Of a stretch of 25,097 bases of DNA, positions 7,066-16,511 are shown piece after piece. A program made the position numbers and the translations under genes. This DNA is from a virus (taxonomy: Duplodnaviria > Caudoviricetes). How positions within the stretch are numbered: position 1 is the stretch's first letter; every line of letters starts with the position of its first letter. The notes under the pieces were generated by a model that was given only the letters and a program-made list of their open reading frames with translations, was not told the DNA's origin and did no database searches. The stretch is from the IMG/VR virus record IMGVR_UViG_3300017785_001576, positions 1 to 25,097 of that record; one strand, written 5' to 3'.

Positions 7066-7667
7066 TGAGCACTAGAATAGATATAAAATCTACAGCATCT
7101 ACAACAATATCTACAGCTAAATTAATGAAGACTGGACAAACAATATCTTATCGTACTGGTGATGATGGAGATATTGAAGCTGGCAGGAATACTAATTTTA
7201 ATACACTTGCTGAAAACAATGTATTCGGAAACACTAACAGATTTACAAGTGAGTTAGGAACTCAAACTTATACAAACAACATTGTAATTGATTGGTCAAC
7301 TTATGATGGAGCAACTGTTTTAGGTTGGAGACGTACAACAAGTATAGACATTACTTGGGACAATGCAATTGACGGAGCATTAGCTACAAGTATAGGAACA
7401 TTTACAACTGGGTGGAGATTACCAAATATTATAGAGATTTTATCTATTGCAAATTTTATGACTAGTAGTGTTTTTTCATATTCACCCTTTAATTTATCAA
7501 CTACTCCTTACAGATATTGGACTGGAACATCTGGAGTTTCTTCTTTGACTGCGTATGTATGCACTAATGGAACAGGACTTATATCACAATTGTCAAAAAC
7601 AACCTCTTCAAGTGCAAGGTATTTTCCTTGCAGAACATTCACAGTAACTGGAACAACTTTAACCTAA
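7065..7667 (+). CDS. DUF1566 (Lcl C-terminal)-like receptor-binding protein
   Basis: KTGQT.SY..GDDG, W..A, GWRLPN..E..SI, YWT.T. Confidence 0.7.
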   Translation: MSTRIDIKSTASTTISTAKLMKTGQTISYRTGDDGDIEAGRNTNFNTLAENNVFGNTNRFTSELGTQTYTNNIVIDWSTYDGATVLGWRRTTSIDITWDNAIDGALATSIGTFTTGWRLPNIIEILSIANFMTSSVFSYSPFNLSTTPYRYWTGTSGVSSLTAYVCTNGTGLISQLSKTTSSSARYFPCRTFTVTGTTLT

Positions 7668-7671
7668 AATT

Positions 7672-7905
7672 ATGACTTATAAATTTCCACAGTTCAACAT
7701 TGAAATAGTAAATCCAACTATTGAAATAAACCTAAATACAATAAGTGATAAGGCACTTGACCAACTTTTAGGAGTTGATGTATTACTAACAACTGACACA
7801 GCATCTTTTGGAGTACGTGCTGAAGATATGCCCTACGTAACTACTTGGGAGGATGATGATGTACAAGGAATGGTAGATGTGTGGTTAGTTCAATTTGAAA
7901 TATAA
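7672..7905 (+). CDS. Small acidic protein, putative fibre assembly chaperone
   Basis: 77 aa, directly follows an RBP gene. Confidence 0.55.
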   Translation: MTYKFPQFNIEIVNPTIEINLNTISDKALDQLLGVDVLLTTDTASFGVRAEDMPYVTTWEDDDVQGMVDVWLVQFEI

Positions 7906-7910
7906 AAAAA

Positions 7911-8270
7911 ATGAGTACAGGAATAAACATAACACCAACATTCATAACACCAAGAGTACAAACGGTTCCAACTGCCGCAACAGTAACTCCAACTGCAAAT
8001 GATGACTTAGTAGTTATCACAGCTCAAGCAGCTGCATTAACATTAGCAGCTCCAACAGGAAGCCCTGTTCAAGGTCAAGCATTGATGATAAGAATAAAAG
8101 ACAACGCAACTGCTCAAACTATTACTTGGACATCAGGAGCTGGTGGTTATAGAGCAATAGGAGTAACTTTACCTACTACAACTGTAATAAGTAAAACAAC
8201 CTATGTTGGATTAATATATAACTCAACAGACTCATGTTGGGATGCAATTGGTGTAACTACAGAAGCATAA
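7911..8270 (+). CDS. Fibre adaptor/branch domain protein
   Basis: APTGSP..GQ.L.IRIKD...ITW...LPTTT...Y.G.IYN....WD pattern common in phage fibres. Confidence 0.65.
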   Translation: MSTGINITPTFITPRVQTVPTAATVTPTANDDLVVITAQAAALTLAAPTGSPVQGQALMIRIKDNATAQTITWTSGAGGYRAIGVTLPTTTVISKTTYVGLIYNSTDSCWDAIGVTTEA

Positions 8271-8271
8271 A

Positions 8272-9060
8272 ATGAGTTACTATCCGCTAATATCTTTAAT
8301 GCCTAAAAGTAGCTTTGACCCTGATGCACAAGCGTTTATTACAGCGGCTGCAATAACTGATAACACCCAACAAAATGCAATTAACACTTTGGTTTTGGCT
8401 CTGAAAGGATATTCTATTTGGACTAAAATGAAAGCTATTTATCCTATTGTAGGAGGCACAGCATCACAACATAAATTCAACCTTAAAGACCCAAGAGATT
8501 TAAACGCTGCATTCAGGTTAACTTATGCTACTGGTGTGAATCACTCAGCTACTGGAATGATAGGTAATGGTACTACTGGACTTGCTAACACACAACTACA
8601 GCCATCAGGTAACTTAACACAAAATAGTACTCATTACTCATTTTACTCAAGAACAAATACAAATACAGCTACTATTGAAATGGGAGTTGGACAATTTAAC
8701 AATATTCTTGAGATTAGAACTGCTGGCATCACTTATCATAGAGTCAATGGTAGTGCTTTGGCACAACATGCTGATGCAAATTCTTTAGGGTTTTACACTG
8801 GTAACAGAACAGCATCAACAGTAATAAATGCGTGGAAAAATGGAGTAAAAATAGTGACTGGTGCAACAACTGCATCCTCAGCACCAACTACTGGTAATAT
8901 TTTCATCTTAGCATTAAATACTGGTGCTGGTATTGGCGGCAATTATTCAACTAAAGAATGTGCCTTCGCTTCAATTGGTGATGGTTTAACAGATACAGAT
9001 GCAGCTAACTTATACACAGCAGTTCAAGCATTTCAAACAAGTTTAAGCAGAAACGTATGA
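8272..9060 (+). CDS. Putative receptor-binding protein (lectin/ConA-like beta-sandwich)
   Basis: DPDAQAFITAA..IW.K..AIYP..GG N-terminus; ASIGDGLTD..A..LY..VQ.FQT.L.R C-terminus. Confidence 0.65.
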   Translation: MSYYPLISLMPKSSFDPDAQAFITAAAITDNTQQNAINTLVLALKGYSIWTKMKAIYPIVGGTASQHKFNLKDPRDLNAAFRLTYATGVNHSATGMIGNGTTGLANTQLQPSGNLTQNSTHYSFYSRTNTNTATIEMGVGQFNNILEIRTAGITYHRVNGSALAQHADANSLGFYTGNRTASTVINAWKNGVKIVTGATTASSAPTTGNIFILALNTGAGIGGNYSTKECAFASIGDGLTDTDAANLYTAVQAFQTSLSRNV

Positions 9061-9284
9061 TAGAAGGTAGAATAGTAACAAACGAACAAGCGGAAAACCT
9101 ACAAAATGTATTTTTTGATAGCAATACTTTCTTTAACTTTGTTCAAGATATTAATGATGTATATTTCTTATTTTTGAGTAGCTCAGATGAAGAGTCTATT
9201 GCATTAACTGAATACGCTTACTTATTAGAAATACCCTTGAGTGAATATGTACCAAAACCAACACCGATTAACAATGAAAATTAA
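9057..9284 (+). CDS. Small acidic protein, putative fibre chaperone
   Basis: ATGA overlap with the upstream RBP gene; ends PL.EY.PKP. Confidence 0.6.
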   Translation: MIEGRIVTNEQAENLQNVFFDSNTFFNFVQDINDVYFLFLSSSDEESIALTEYAYLLEIPLSEYVPKPTPINNEN

Positions 9285-9335
9285 ACTACCTTTGATGTAA
9301 TATTTCAAGAAGTTTTAAGTTAATTAAATTTTTTT

Positions 9336-9352
9336 TTGTATATTATTGTATA
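9336..9352 (+). promoter_or_regulatory. Putative late promoter (lysis operon)
   Basis: TTGTATATT-ATTG-TATA. Confidence 0.5.
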
Positions 9353-9370
9353 TATTTATAACTTATAAAA

Positions 9371-9637
9371 ATGGAAACAACATCAATAACAATAATCTTG
9401 TTTATATCAGGAACAGTTTTGACTATCTTTGGATACTTTTTAAAGATCATCCACGGAGATGTTAGAAAAAATACAGAAGAACAAGGAAAGCTAAAAGGTA
9501 AAATAGAACTAGTACAACAAGAGAGTCAAATAAAATACCAAGCATTGCAAGAACTTACTCAACTTGAGATAAAAAACCTAGCTAAACAAGTAGGTGAATT
9601 ATCAGATGCAGTTAAGTTGTTTGTGTTAAATAGATAA
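9371..9637 (+). CDS. Membrane-anchored coiled-coil protein (holin/spanin-like lysis accessory)
   Basis: N-terminal TM then heptad region; first gene of the lysis cluster. Confidence 0.6.
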   Translation: METTSITIILFISGTVLTIFGYFLKIIHGDVRKNTEEQGKLKGKIELVQQESQIKYQALQELTQLEIKNLAKQVGELSDAVKLFVLNR

Positions 9638-9639
9638 AA

Positions 9640-9873
9640 ATGAAAGAGTTGAAAAGAAGATGGACAGCTAAGACTCCAAAGTTTTGGAAGAAAGTAAGAA
9701 ACATTGCAATTACAATAGGTGCAGTGGCAGGAGTAATTCTAACAGCTCCAATATCATTACCAGCAGCAGTAATTACAGCAGCAGGTTATTTAGCTACAGC
9801 AGGTACAGTAGCAGCAACCTTATCACAATTAACAGTTGATGATACTAAAGTAGAAGAATTAATAAATGAATAA
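9640..9873 (+). CDS. Putative holin
   Basis: Basic N-terminus RW.AKTPKFWKKV, two TM segments, SQLTV ending; near the endolysin. Confidence 0.7.
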   Translation: MKELKRRWTAKTPKFWKKVRNIAITIGAVAGVILTAPISLPAAVITAAGYLATAGTVAATLSQLTVDDTKVEELINE

Positions 9874-9876
9874 ACC

Positions 9877-10188
9877 ATGGCAAAGAAAAAGAAAACACCA
9901 GTAAGTATTGATGCTGAAGTAAAAGTAGGAGAGACTACAGTAAGCATTGATAAGACTCCAGAAACTTTGGATGTTGTAGTAGACACAAAAAAAGTTGATG
10001 TAGAAGTCCACGCGGATGCAGATAATAAATCTGTTACAGTAGATACTAAGAACTTAGATATTACTGTAGAGAAAACTGCAGAAGGAACTACTGTTAATGT
10101 AGATGCTAAATCTAAAGTCCTTAAGAAAACAGGATTATGGGTAGCACACATGATCAGTAAAAAACTGAACAAGAAACCTAAGAAATGA
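9877..10188 (+). CDS. Hypothetical beta-repeat protein
   Basis: Approximately 20-aa periodic V.VDTK.(V/L)D(V/I).V repeats. Confidence 0.7.
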   Translation: MAKKKKTPVSIDAEVKVGETTVSIDKTPETLDVVVDTKKVDVEVHADADNKSVTVDTKNLDITVEKTAEGTTVNVDAKSKVLKKTGLWVAHMISKKLNKKPKK

Positions 10189-10703
10189 GTTACGGATATT
10201 TAAATCAAGAAACAGCTCCTAAAATATTAGTAGAAGCTGTTAAATTTATTGGTACTAAAGAAATAGTAGGTAAAGCACATAACCCTGTAATACTTAATTG
10301 GGCTAAAGAACTTAGTTTAAGTACTATTTATACTAATGATGAAATTCCTTGGTGTGGTTTATTCATTGCTTACTGTGCACACAAGGCAGGAGTACAAGTA
10401 GTTGAAAGACCTTTATGGGCTCTTAACTGGAATAAGTACGGAACTCAAGTAACTGAACCTATGTTAGGTGATATACTTACTTTTAAAAGAAATGGTGGTG
10501 GACATGTTGGAATCTATGTTGGTGAAGACAAAACACATTACCATGTTCTTGGAGGAAATCAAGGCAATCAAGTAAATGTTATGAGACTTGCTAAGTCTAG
10601 ATTAACACAAGCTAGAAGAACTGCTTGGAAAGTAGCACAACCGGCAAGTGTTAGAAAAGTACATCTTGAAGCAAAAGGAACTATAAGCACAAATGAAGCA
10701 TGA
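10185..10703 (+). CDS. Endolysin, TIGR02594 / NlpC-P60-CHAP-type cysteine peptidase
   Basis: DEIPWCGLF (catalytic Cys), GDI..F.R.GGGHVG (His), VLGGNQ.N.V. Confidence 0.85.
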   Translation: MSYGYLNQETAPKILVEAVKFIGTKEIVGKAHNPVILNWAKELSLSTIYTNDEIPWCGLFIAYCAHKAGVQVVERPLWALNWNKYGTQVTEPMLGDILTFKRNGGGHVGIYVGEDKTHYHVLGGNQGNQVNVMRLAKSRLTQARRTAWKVAQPASVRKVHLEAKGTISTNEA

Positions 10704-10861
10704 TGAAGTCTAGAAACAATTGGAAAAACTGGAAGAAAAACTTAAAGCAATTTAGATTAAGTTTAAGAGTATCTTCTGTTGATGTATTTACTATAGAAAT
10801 AGATGTACCAAGAACATTTTATATGATTACTGTATTAAACTTTACACTTAAAAATAGATAA
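10700..10861 (+). CDS. Small basic protein, 53 aa (MMKSRNNWKNWKKNLKQFRLSLRV...LNFTLKNR)
   Basis: Not in track; ATGA overlap with the endolysin stop and ends 1 nt before the next ATG. Confidence 0.7.
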   Translation: MMKSRNNWKNWKKNLKQFRLSLRVSSVDVFTIEIDVPRTFYMITVLNFTLKNR

Positions 10862-10862
10862 C

Positions 10863-11177
10863 ATGATAGATAGTAAAAACCAGATCATTAGATCTATGAA
10901 GAGTTATGCTGAAGGCGGAAGTACAGAAGATAGTTGTATGGAAGAATATGTAGCATCTGATGGTAAAAAAAGAAAAAGAAGAAAAAGTGGTTGTGGTAAA
11001 ACAACTAAGTTTAGATCATCTTCTAGAAGTGGTGGAGGAGGTGGTGGTGCATTAGGTGCTATTTTTGGAATAGGGGCTGCTGTAGGTGGAGGATTAGGTG
11101 TTAAAAAAATGCTAGATAAAAACAAAAAAGGTGGTATTGTTAAAGCTAAAACAAAAACAATGATTAAGAAAAAATAA
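10863..11177 (+). CDS. Basic Gly-rich protein with xxGG motifs and a hydrophobic segment
   Basis: YAEGG, KKGGIV, GALGAIFGIGAAVGGGLG. Confidence 0.7.
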   Translation: MIDSKNQIIRSMKSYAEGGSTEDSCMEEYVASDGKKRKRRKSGCGKTTKFRSSSRSGGGGGGALGAIFGIGAAVGGGLGVKKMLDKNKKGGIVKAKTKTMIKKK

Positions 11178-11197
11178 TAATTACATACAACTTACAG

Positions 11198-11230
11198 AGA
11201 TCCAGGTATATATTATATCTGGATTTTTTT
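11198..11230 (+). terminator. Rho-independent terminator
   Basis: AGATCCAGGTATA-TAT-TATATCTGGATTT plus T-run. Confidence 0.8.
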
Positions 11231-11261
11231 ATTTAAACTATTTTAATTTAAACTTTTTTTG

Positions 11262-11269
11262 TAGTTTTG
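11262..11269 (+). promoter_or_regulatory. Bacteroidota-type -7 element TAGTTTTG
   Basis: TAnnTTTG after a terminator and before ATG 11293. Confidence 0.5.
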
Positions 11270-11292
11270 TATAAACTTAAAATATATAACCA

Positions 11293-11598
11293 ATGGAAAA
11301 TCAACAAATCCGAGATGAAAAAGAATTAACATCTGCAGAGTTAGATGCTAGAAAAAATGAAATGAAACAATACTTTGATGAAGCAGTACCTTTCTTAGAA
11401 GCTCAACACAAGTATGAAAAATTGTTAACTGAAATCTCTGAGTATAAGTTAAAGAGACTAAATTATGATCATCAATATGCAGCTATGATGTATCAGATTA
11501 ATAATCCAGATACTACTGAAGAAGATGCAGATGAAGAAGGTGAGACTATGGAAGGTAGAGTAAATCCTGAAACTTCTAGAAAACTTAAAAAAGGATAA
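11293..11598 (+). CDS. Hypothetical helical acidic protein
   Basis: ORF at the start of an operon. Confidence 0.75.
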   Translation: MENQQIRDEKELTSAELDARKNEMKQYFDEAVPFLEAQHKYEKLLTEISEYKLKRLNYDHQYAAMMYQINNPDTTEEDADEEGETMEGRVNPETSRKLKKG

Positions 11599-11600
11599 AC

Positions 11601-11981
11601 ATGGCTCTGGTTAACCAAGTACAGAAACGTGTTAAAATGCCCAAATGGGACATAGTTAAATTTCAGATCTTAACTCATTGCTACATTAATAAAATAGCAA
11701 TGAGTGAGTCTGACTTAAACTGCCTTACTTTACTTAGTTTTAATGAACCTATTGAGTTAACACATTTTTGTTATGATGCTTCAGCTGAAGAAGATTGGAT
11801 ATTTAAGTCTCCACAAACAGTAAGAAACTGTATAAATAAAGCTGAGAAAAACAATCTAATAGTTAAAGATACTTCTAACAAAAAGATCATTAAACTAAAT
11901 CCTGCACTTAAGATTCAAACTGAAGGTACTATTTTACTAGATTATAAACTTTTAGGATATGATACCCAAGAAAGCATCTAG
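11601..11981 (+). CDS. Putative winged-helix DNA-binding protein
   Basis: SPQTVRNCINKAEKNNLIVK...I.LNP pattern. Confidence 0.55.
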   Translation: MALVNQVQKRVKMPKWDIVKFQILTHCYINKIAMSESDLNCLTLLSFNEPIELTHFCYDASAEEDWIFKSPQTVRNCINKAEKNNLIVKDTSNKKIIKLNPALKIQTEGTILLDYKLLGYDTQESI

Positions 11982-12369
11982 TTTATATCAGTCACTAGCT
12001 GAAGATAAAAACTTAGATCCAAAATTAGTTGAATCTTTTGTTGAGTTTTATTATAAGAATCTAAGACAAGCCATGGCTACATTAAGTCATACAAAATTAA
12101 ATGTAGATGGTTTAGGTCTTTTTCAAATAAAACCTTATAAAATAAAAAGAGCTATTGCCACTTATTCAAAAACTATTGACAAGTATGAAGAAAATACTTT
12201 TAATGATTATCACAATAAGAAAAGAATAGAACAAAAGTTAGTTCAACTGCATGATTTGCAAAAACTAATTGATAAAGATATTTTAGAAAAAGAAACCTTT
12301 AAAGAAAGAAAAAATGAATATATTAAAACAAATTTGGGAAGAGAGACACAAGATAATGGAGGGAGTTAA
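11959..12369 (+). CDS. HU/IHF-like DNA-binding protein
   Basis: LAE..NL....VE.FV......L...M......LNV.GLG.F.IK. Confidence 0.65.
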   Translation: MIPKKASSLYQSLAEDKNLDPKLVESFVEFYYKNLRQAMATLSHTKLNVDGLGLFQIKPYKIKRAIATYSKTIDKYEENTFNDYHNKKRIEQKLVQLHDLQKLIDKDILEKETFKERKNEYIKTNLGRETQDNGGS

Positions 12370-12619
12370 AAACTCTATTATCCGTGATGAGTTTGTTGAA
12401 GACATAGCAAAACTAAGACATGACATCTGTAATAATTGTGACTTAAAAGGAAAAAAATGTGCTGTTAAAGGTATGGGTCCTTGCTGTAATAAATGTGGAT
12501 GTTCTTTAGCATTTAAGACTAGATCATTGTCTTCTTCTTGTCCGCATCCAGATGGTCCTAAATGGGAAGCATTGCTTACTGAAGATGAAGAAGATAAATT
12601 AGATAACCTTAAAAATTAA
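12314..12619 (+). CDS. Small Zn-binding protein
   Basis: R..IC..C, C..CGC.L..KTR.....CP....KW. Confidence 0.7.
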   Translation: MNILKQIWEERHKIMEGVKNSIIRDEFVEDIAKLRHDICNNCDLKGKKCAVKGMGPCCNKCGCSLAFKTRSLSSSCPHPDGPKWEALLTEDEEDKLDNLKN

Positions 12620-12623
12620 TATT

Positions 12624-12944
12624 ATGTATATAGGCCCAAATAAACATTATGCAGATGGAACATTAATTCAGGATCCTACTATAGTAATTAATACTATTCC
12701 TAGTAATGGTAATGGTATTTTTAGTCAGTTACAAGAGGGAACAACTACACTCACACCAACTGGAATATCAGATCTTATGGATAGATTAAATAAGTTAGAA
12801 CTTGATAATAAATGTTTAAGATTAAAAATGCTAAAAATGGAAGGTAAGTTTACTCAGGATGAAGTAACTAATATCCGGAAGATGTTAATCTCTGAAGATG
12901 AATCATCAAGAACATTAGCAGAATCAATTATAGAAAATGCATAA
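12624..12944 (+). CDS. Hypothetical protein
   Basis: ORF tightly packed in the operon. Confidence 0.7.
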   Translation: MYIGPNKHYADGTLIQDPTIVINTIPSNGNGIFSQLQEGTTTLTPTGISDLMDRLNKLELDNKCLRLKMLKMEGKFTQDEVTNIRKMLISEDESSRTLAESIIENA

Positions 12945-12946
12945 TT

Positions 12947-13780
12947 ATGAGCATAATATTTAACGCATCTGATCACAGCTATAGAAGTATAGAAGATACA
13001 GGCATTAACTGGATCAGTGTAACCACACTTGTATCTCATTTTAAAAAACCTTTTGATGCTAAAGCAGTAGCTCAGAAAGTAAGTAAAAATAAAAAATCTA
13101 AATGGTCTGGAATAGATCCTCAGACTATTCAAGATATTTGGAATAATGAATCTACTAGATCTACTACTCTTGGCTCATGGTATCATAATCAAAGAGAAGA
13201 TGACTTATGTGCATTAGCATCTATGGAAAGAGAAGGTGTAACAGTGCCCGTATTTAAACCATCAGAAATTAAAGAAGGAGTTAAGGTGGCTCCATTACAA
13301 AAATTAGAACCAGGTGTGTATCCAGAACATATGGTTTATTTAAGATCAGTTGGTCTTTGTGGACAGTCAGATTTAGTAGAAGTAGTCAATGGTAAAGTAA
13401 ATATCATTGACTACAAAACTAATAAAGAAATAAAGAAAGAATCTTATGTTAACTGGGAAGGAATATCTGAAAAGATGACTCATCCAGTGAATAACTTAGA
13501 TGACTGTAACTTTTATCATTATGCTTTACAACTTAGTATTTATATGTATATTATATTAAAGCATAATCCTAAATTAAAACCAGGAAGTATTTATATTCAT
13601 CATATAACATTTGAAGTAGACAAGGAAGATCAGTGGGGTTATCCAATTGCAAAATTAGATAGTAATGGAGATCCTATAGTAAAAGAAGTAATACCTATGG
13701 CAATACCATATTTAATAGAAGAAGTGCATGCTATTATTCATTACCTTCATGAAAACAAACAGAACATTAAAAAGAAATAA
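12947..13780 (+). CDS. PD-(D/E)XK family nuclease
   Basis: SVTT, G...H, PE, GQSDLV, IIDYKT, Y.LQL..Y. Confidence 0.85.
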   Translation: MSIIFNASDHSYRSIEDTGINWISVTTLVSHFKKPFDAKAVAQKVSKNKKSKWSGIDPQTIQDIWNNESTRSTTLGSWYHNQREDDLCALASMEREGVTVPVFKPSEIKEGVKVAPLQKLEPGVYPEHMVYLRSVGLCGQSDLVEVVNGKVNIIDYKTNKEIKKESYVNWEGISEKMTHPVNNLDDCNFYHYALQLSIYMYIILKHNPKLKPGSIYIHHITFEVDKEDQWGYPIAKLDSNGDPIVKEVIPMAIPYLIEEVHAIIHYLHENKQNIKKK

Positions 13781-13782
13781 AG

Positions 13783-14298
13783 ATGCTGATTAAACTATTT
13801 GATGTACAGAACAGAACAGTAGTTCCAACTGAACATTGTTATACTCTGAAATCACTAAAAGATATAATGGATAATTATCCAGATGATTATCTTAAGATCT
13901 ACCAGTACTTGTTTTATATGACATGTCCTGATCCAGATATGAATCCTTTCTTTCATACACCTCAGATAGAAAAAGAATCACTGATTATAAGAGAAATAGA
14001 TGGAGAATTCTCAACAGAAGATGAGGATATATTTAATGCTCTTAAGTTCTGTGAAAAATTATATGAAACTCCAACATCCAGAGCATATGGAGGTATGCAA
14101 AAAGCACTTGACAGAATATCTAATTATCTTTCTACTGCACAAATTACAGATGGTAAAGATGGTAACATAGCTCAGATAAGAGCATTAGCAAAAGACTTTG
14201 ATGGTATTAGACAATCATTCAAGGGTGTATACAAAGACCTACAAGATGAACAATCTAGTAAAGTCCGCGGAGGAATTGGGCTATCTTATGATTCTTAA
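13783..14298 (+). CDS. Putative terminase small subunit
   Basis: 171-aa helical protein immediately upstream of TerL, ending VRGG; assignment is positional. Confidence 0.5.
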   Translation: MLIKLFDVQNRTVVPTEHCYTLKSLKDIMDNYPDDYLKIYQYLFYMTCPDPDMNPFFHTPQIEKESLIIREIDGEFSTEDEDIFNALKFCEKLYETPTSRAYGGMQKALDRISNYLSTAQITDGKDGNIAQIRALAKDFDGIRQSFKGVYKDLQDEQSSKVRGGIGLSYDS

Positions 14299-14300
14299 TT

Positions 14301-16505
14301 ATGAGTGAAATCTATCAAGATATACCCTGTTGGGATAATGGTACATGGACTACAGTATCATTTAATTCTAGAGAAGAATTTTCTAACTCTATAGAAGAAC
14401 TATTTGCTGAACCAGGTAAATATGATTTTGATGAAACTAGTTATTTATTTAATGAACAAGCTATAACATTTAGAACTCAAAATGTTTACTGTATTGCTCC
14501 ATTTAAATCTAAAGACTTTATATATTATTGGGATGACCAAAAAGCTAAATGCAGAAAAGGAGTCTTTTATATAAATGGTAATAAGAAATGGTTTATAACT
14601 AGAGACTATTACATGTGGTTAAACTTCTTACCAATCTTTGATAAAGAGATACAACAATTTGGATTTGCTAAGATTAGAGATGCACAGTATCATATGGCAC
14701 TATATGAACTATTAGCTGAATTAAAATATAAACATGTTGCTATCTTAAAGAAACGTCAGATAGCATCTTCTTATTTTCATATATCTAAGTTACTAAACCA
14801 ACTTTGGTTTGAGTCAGGGGTAACTCTAAAGATGGGAGCTAGTCTTAAAGATTATATTAATGAGAAAGGTTCTTGGAAGTTTTTATCGGAATATGCTGCC
14901 TTCCTTAATGAACATACTGCATGGTACCGTCCAATGTCTCCAGACAAAGTCTTAATGTGGCAGCAGAAGATTGAAGTAAGAAAAGGAGACAGAAAAACAT
15001 AAGTGGGTTTAAAAGGTACTATGCAAGGTATGTCATTTGAAAAAGATCCAACAAATGGTGTAGGGGGTCCCGTTAAATACTTCTTTCATGAAGAGGCTGG
15101 TATTGCTCCTAAGATGGATACTACATATGAGTACATGCGCCCAGCCATGAGATCAGGTTTAATTACTACAGGGATGTTTATTGCTGCAGGATCTGTGGGT
15201 GACTTGTCTCAATGTGAGCCTTTAAGAAAAATGATTCTTAAACCAAATGACAGTGATATTTATGCTGTTGAAACTAATCTATTAGATAATAAAGGTACTA
15301 TAGGTTTATCAGGTTTATTTATTCCTGAGCAATGGTCTATGCCACCGCATATTGATCAATATGGTAATTCACTTGTAGAAGAAGCATTAGAAGCTTTAGA
15401 TAAACAATTTGATATTTGGAAAAAAGAATTAGATCCAGAAACTTATCAGTTAAGGATTTCTCAGCATCCAAGAAATATTGAAGAAGCATTTGCAAATAGA
15501 ACTGTATCTAAATTTCCTACTCACTTGCTTGCTGCACAACAAAGAAGAATAGAAGATAAAGAGTATGCATATGAATTCTTAGATATTTTTGCAGATGAAA
15601 ATGGAAAACCTGCAGTTAAAGTTTCTAATAAACATCCTATAAAAGAGTTTCCTGTTACTAAAAGTACGGAAGATAAAACCGGTGTACTTGTAGTATGGGA
15701 AAGACCAATACCTAATCCAGAGTTTGCTAAACATTATTATGCTTCTATTGACCCAGTATCTGAGGGTAAAACAACAACATCTGATTCACTATGTTCTATT
15801 TATATAATCAAGGCTCCTATACAAGTTACTAAACACACAGGGACAGAAACAGAAACTTACATAGAACAAGATAAAATTGTAGCTGCTTGGTGTGGTAGAT
15901 TTGATGACCTTAACAAAACTCACCAAAGATTAGAGTTAATTATAGAATGGTATAATGCATGGGCTGTTATAGAGAATAACATATCTCTTTTTATTCAGTA
16001 CATGATATCTAGAAAAAAACAAAAATATCTAGTACCTAAAAGTCAGATTATGTTCTTAAAAGACTTAGGTGCCAATGCTAATGTATTCCAGGAGTATGGC
16101 TGGAAAAATACAGGTGTTTTATTTAAACAACATCTTCTTAATTATGCCATAGAATATACTAAAGAAGAATTAGATGTAGAAACTAAATCAGATGGTACTA
16201 TTGTAAGAACCAAATATGGCATAGAAAGAATTCCTGATCCAATGCTTCTTAAAGAAATGCAAGCTTATACTGATGGACTCAACGTGGATAGGATGGTAGC
16301 CTTCTGTGCATTAGTAGCTTTTATGAGAATACAACAAGCTAATAGAGGTTTTAATAAAGTAACAATAATGGATGAGAGTGCTAAAAACTTGCAAAAGTCA
16401 GAAAATTTGTTTAAATTAACTAGTAGTCCATTTAGACATATGGGTAAATCAGGATATACTGGTTTACAAGGAAGTAAAAGATCAGCCTTTAAAAATTTAA
16501 AATAA
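14301..16505 (+). CDS. terL: Terminase large subunit, interrupted by one in-frame TAA at 15000-15002 (track ORFs 14301..15002 and 15003..16505)
   Basis: Walker A-like LKKRQIASSY before the stop; Walker B-like FFHEEAG and RNase H-like YASIDPV / IENN / NVDR after it; both parts are in the same frame. Confidence 0.9.
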
Positions 16506-16511
16506 AATATT

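Noticed and set aside
9274-9300. 8-codon ORF MKIKLPLM after the fibre cluster
   Set aside because: Too short; might be a gene remnant but has no support
14301-16505. Intron or intein explaining the TerL split
   Set aside because: There is no inserted sequence; the halves are contiguous and sum to a normal length
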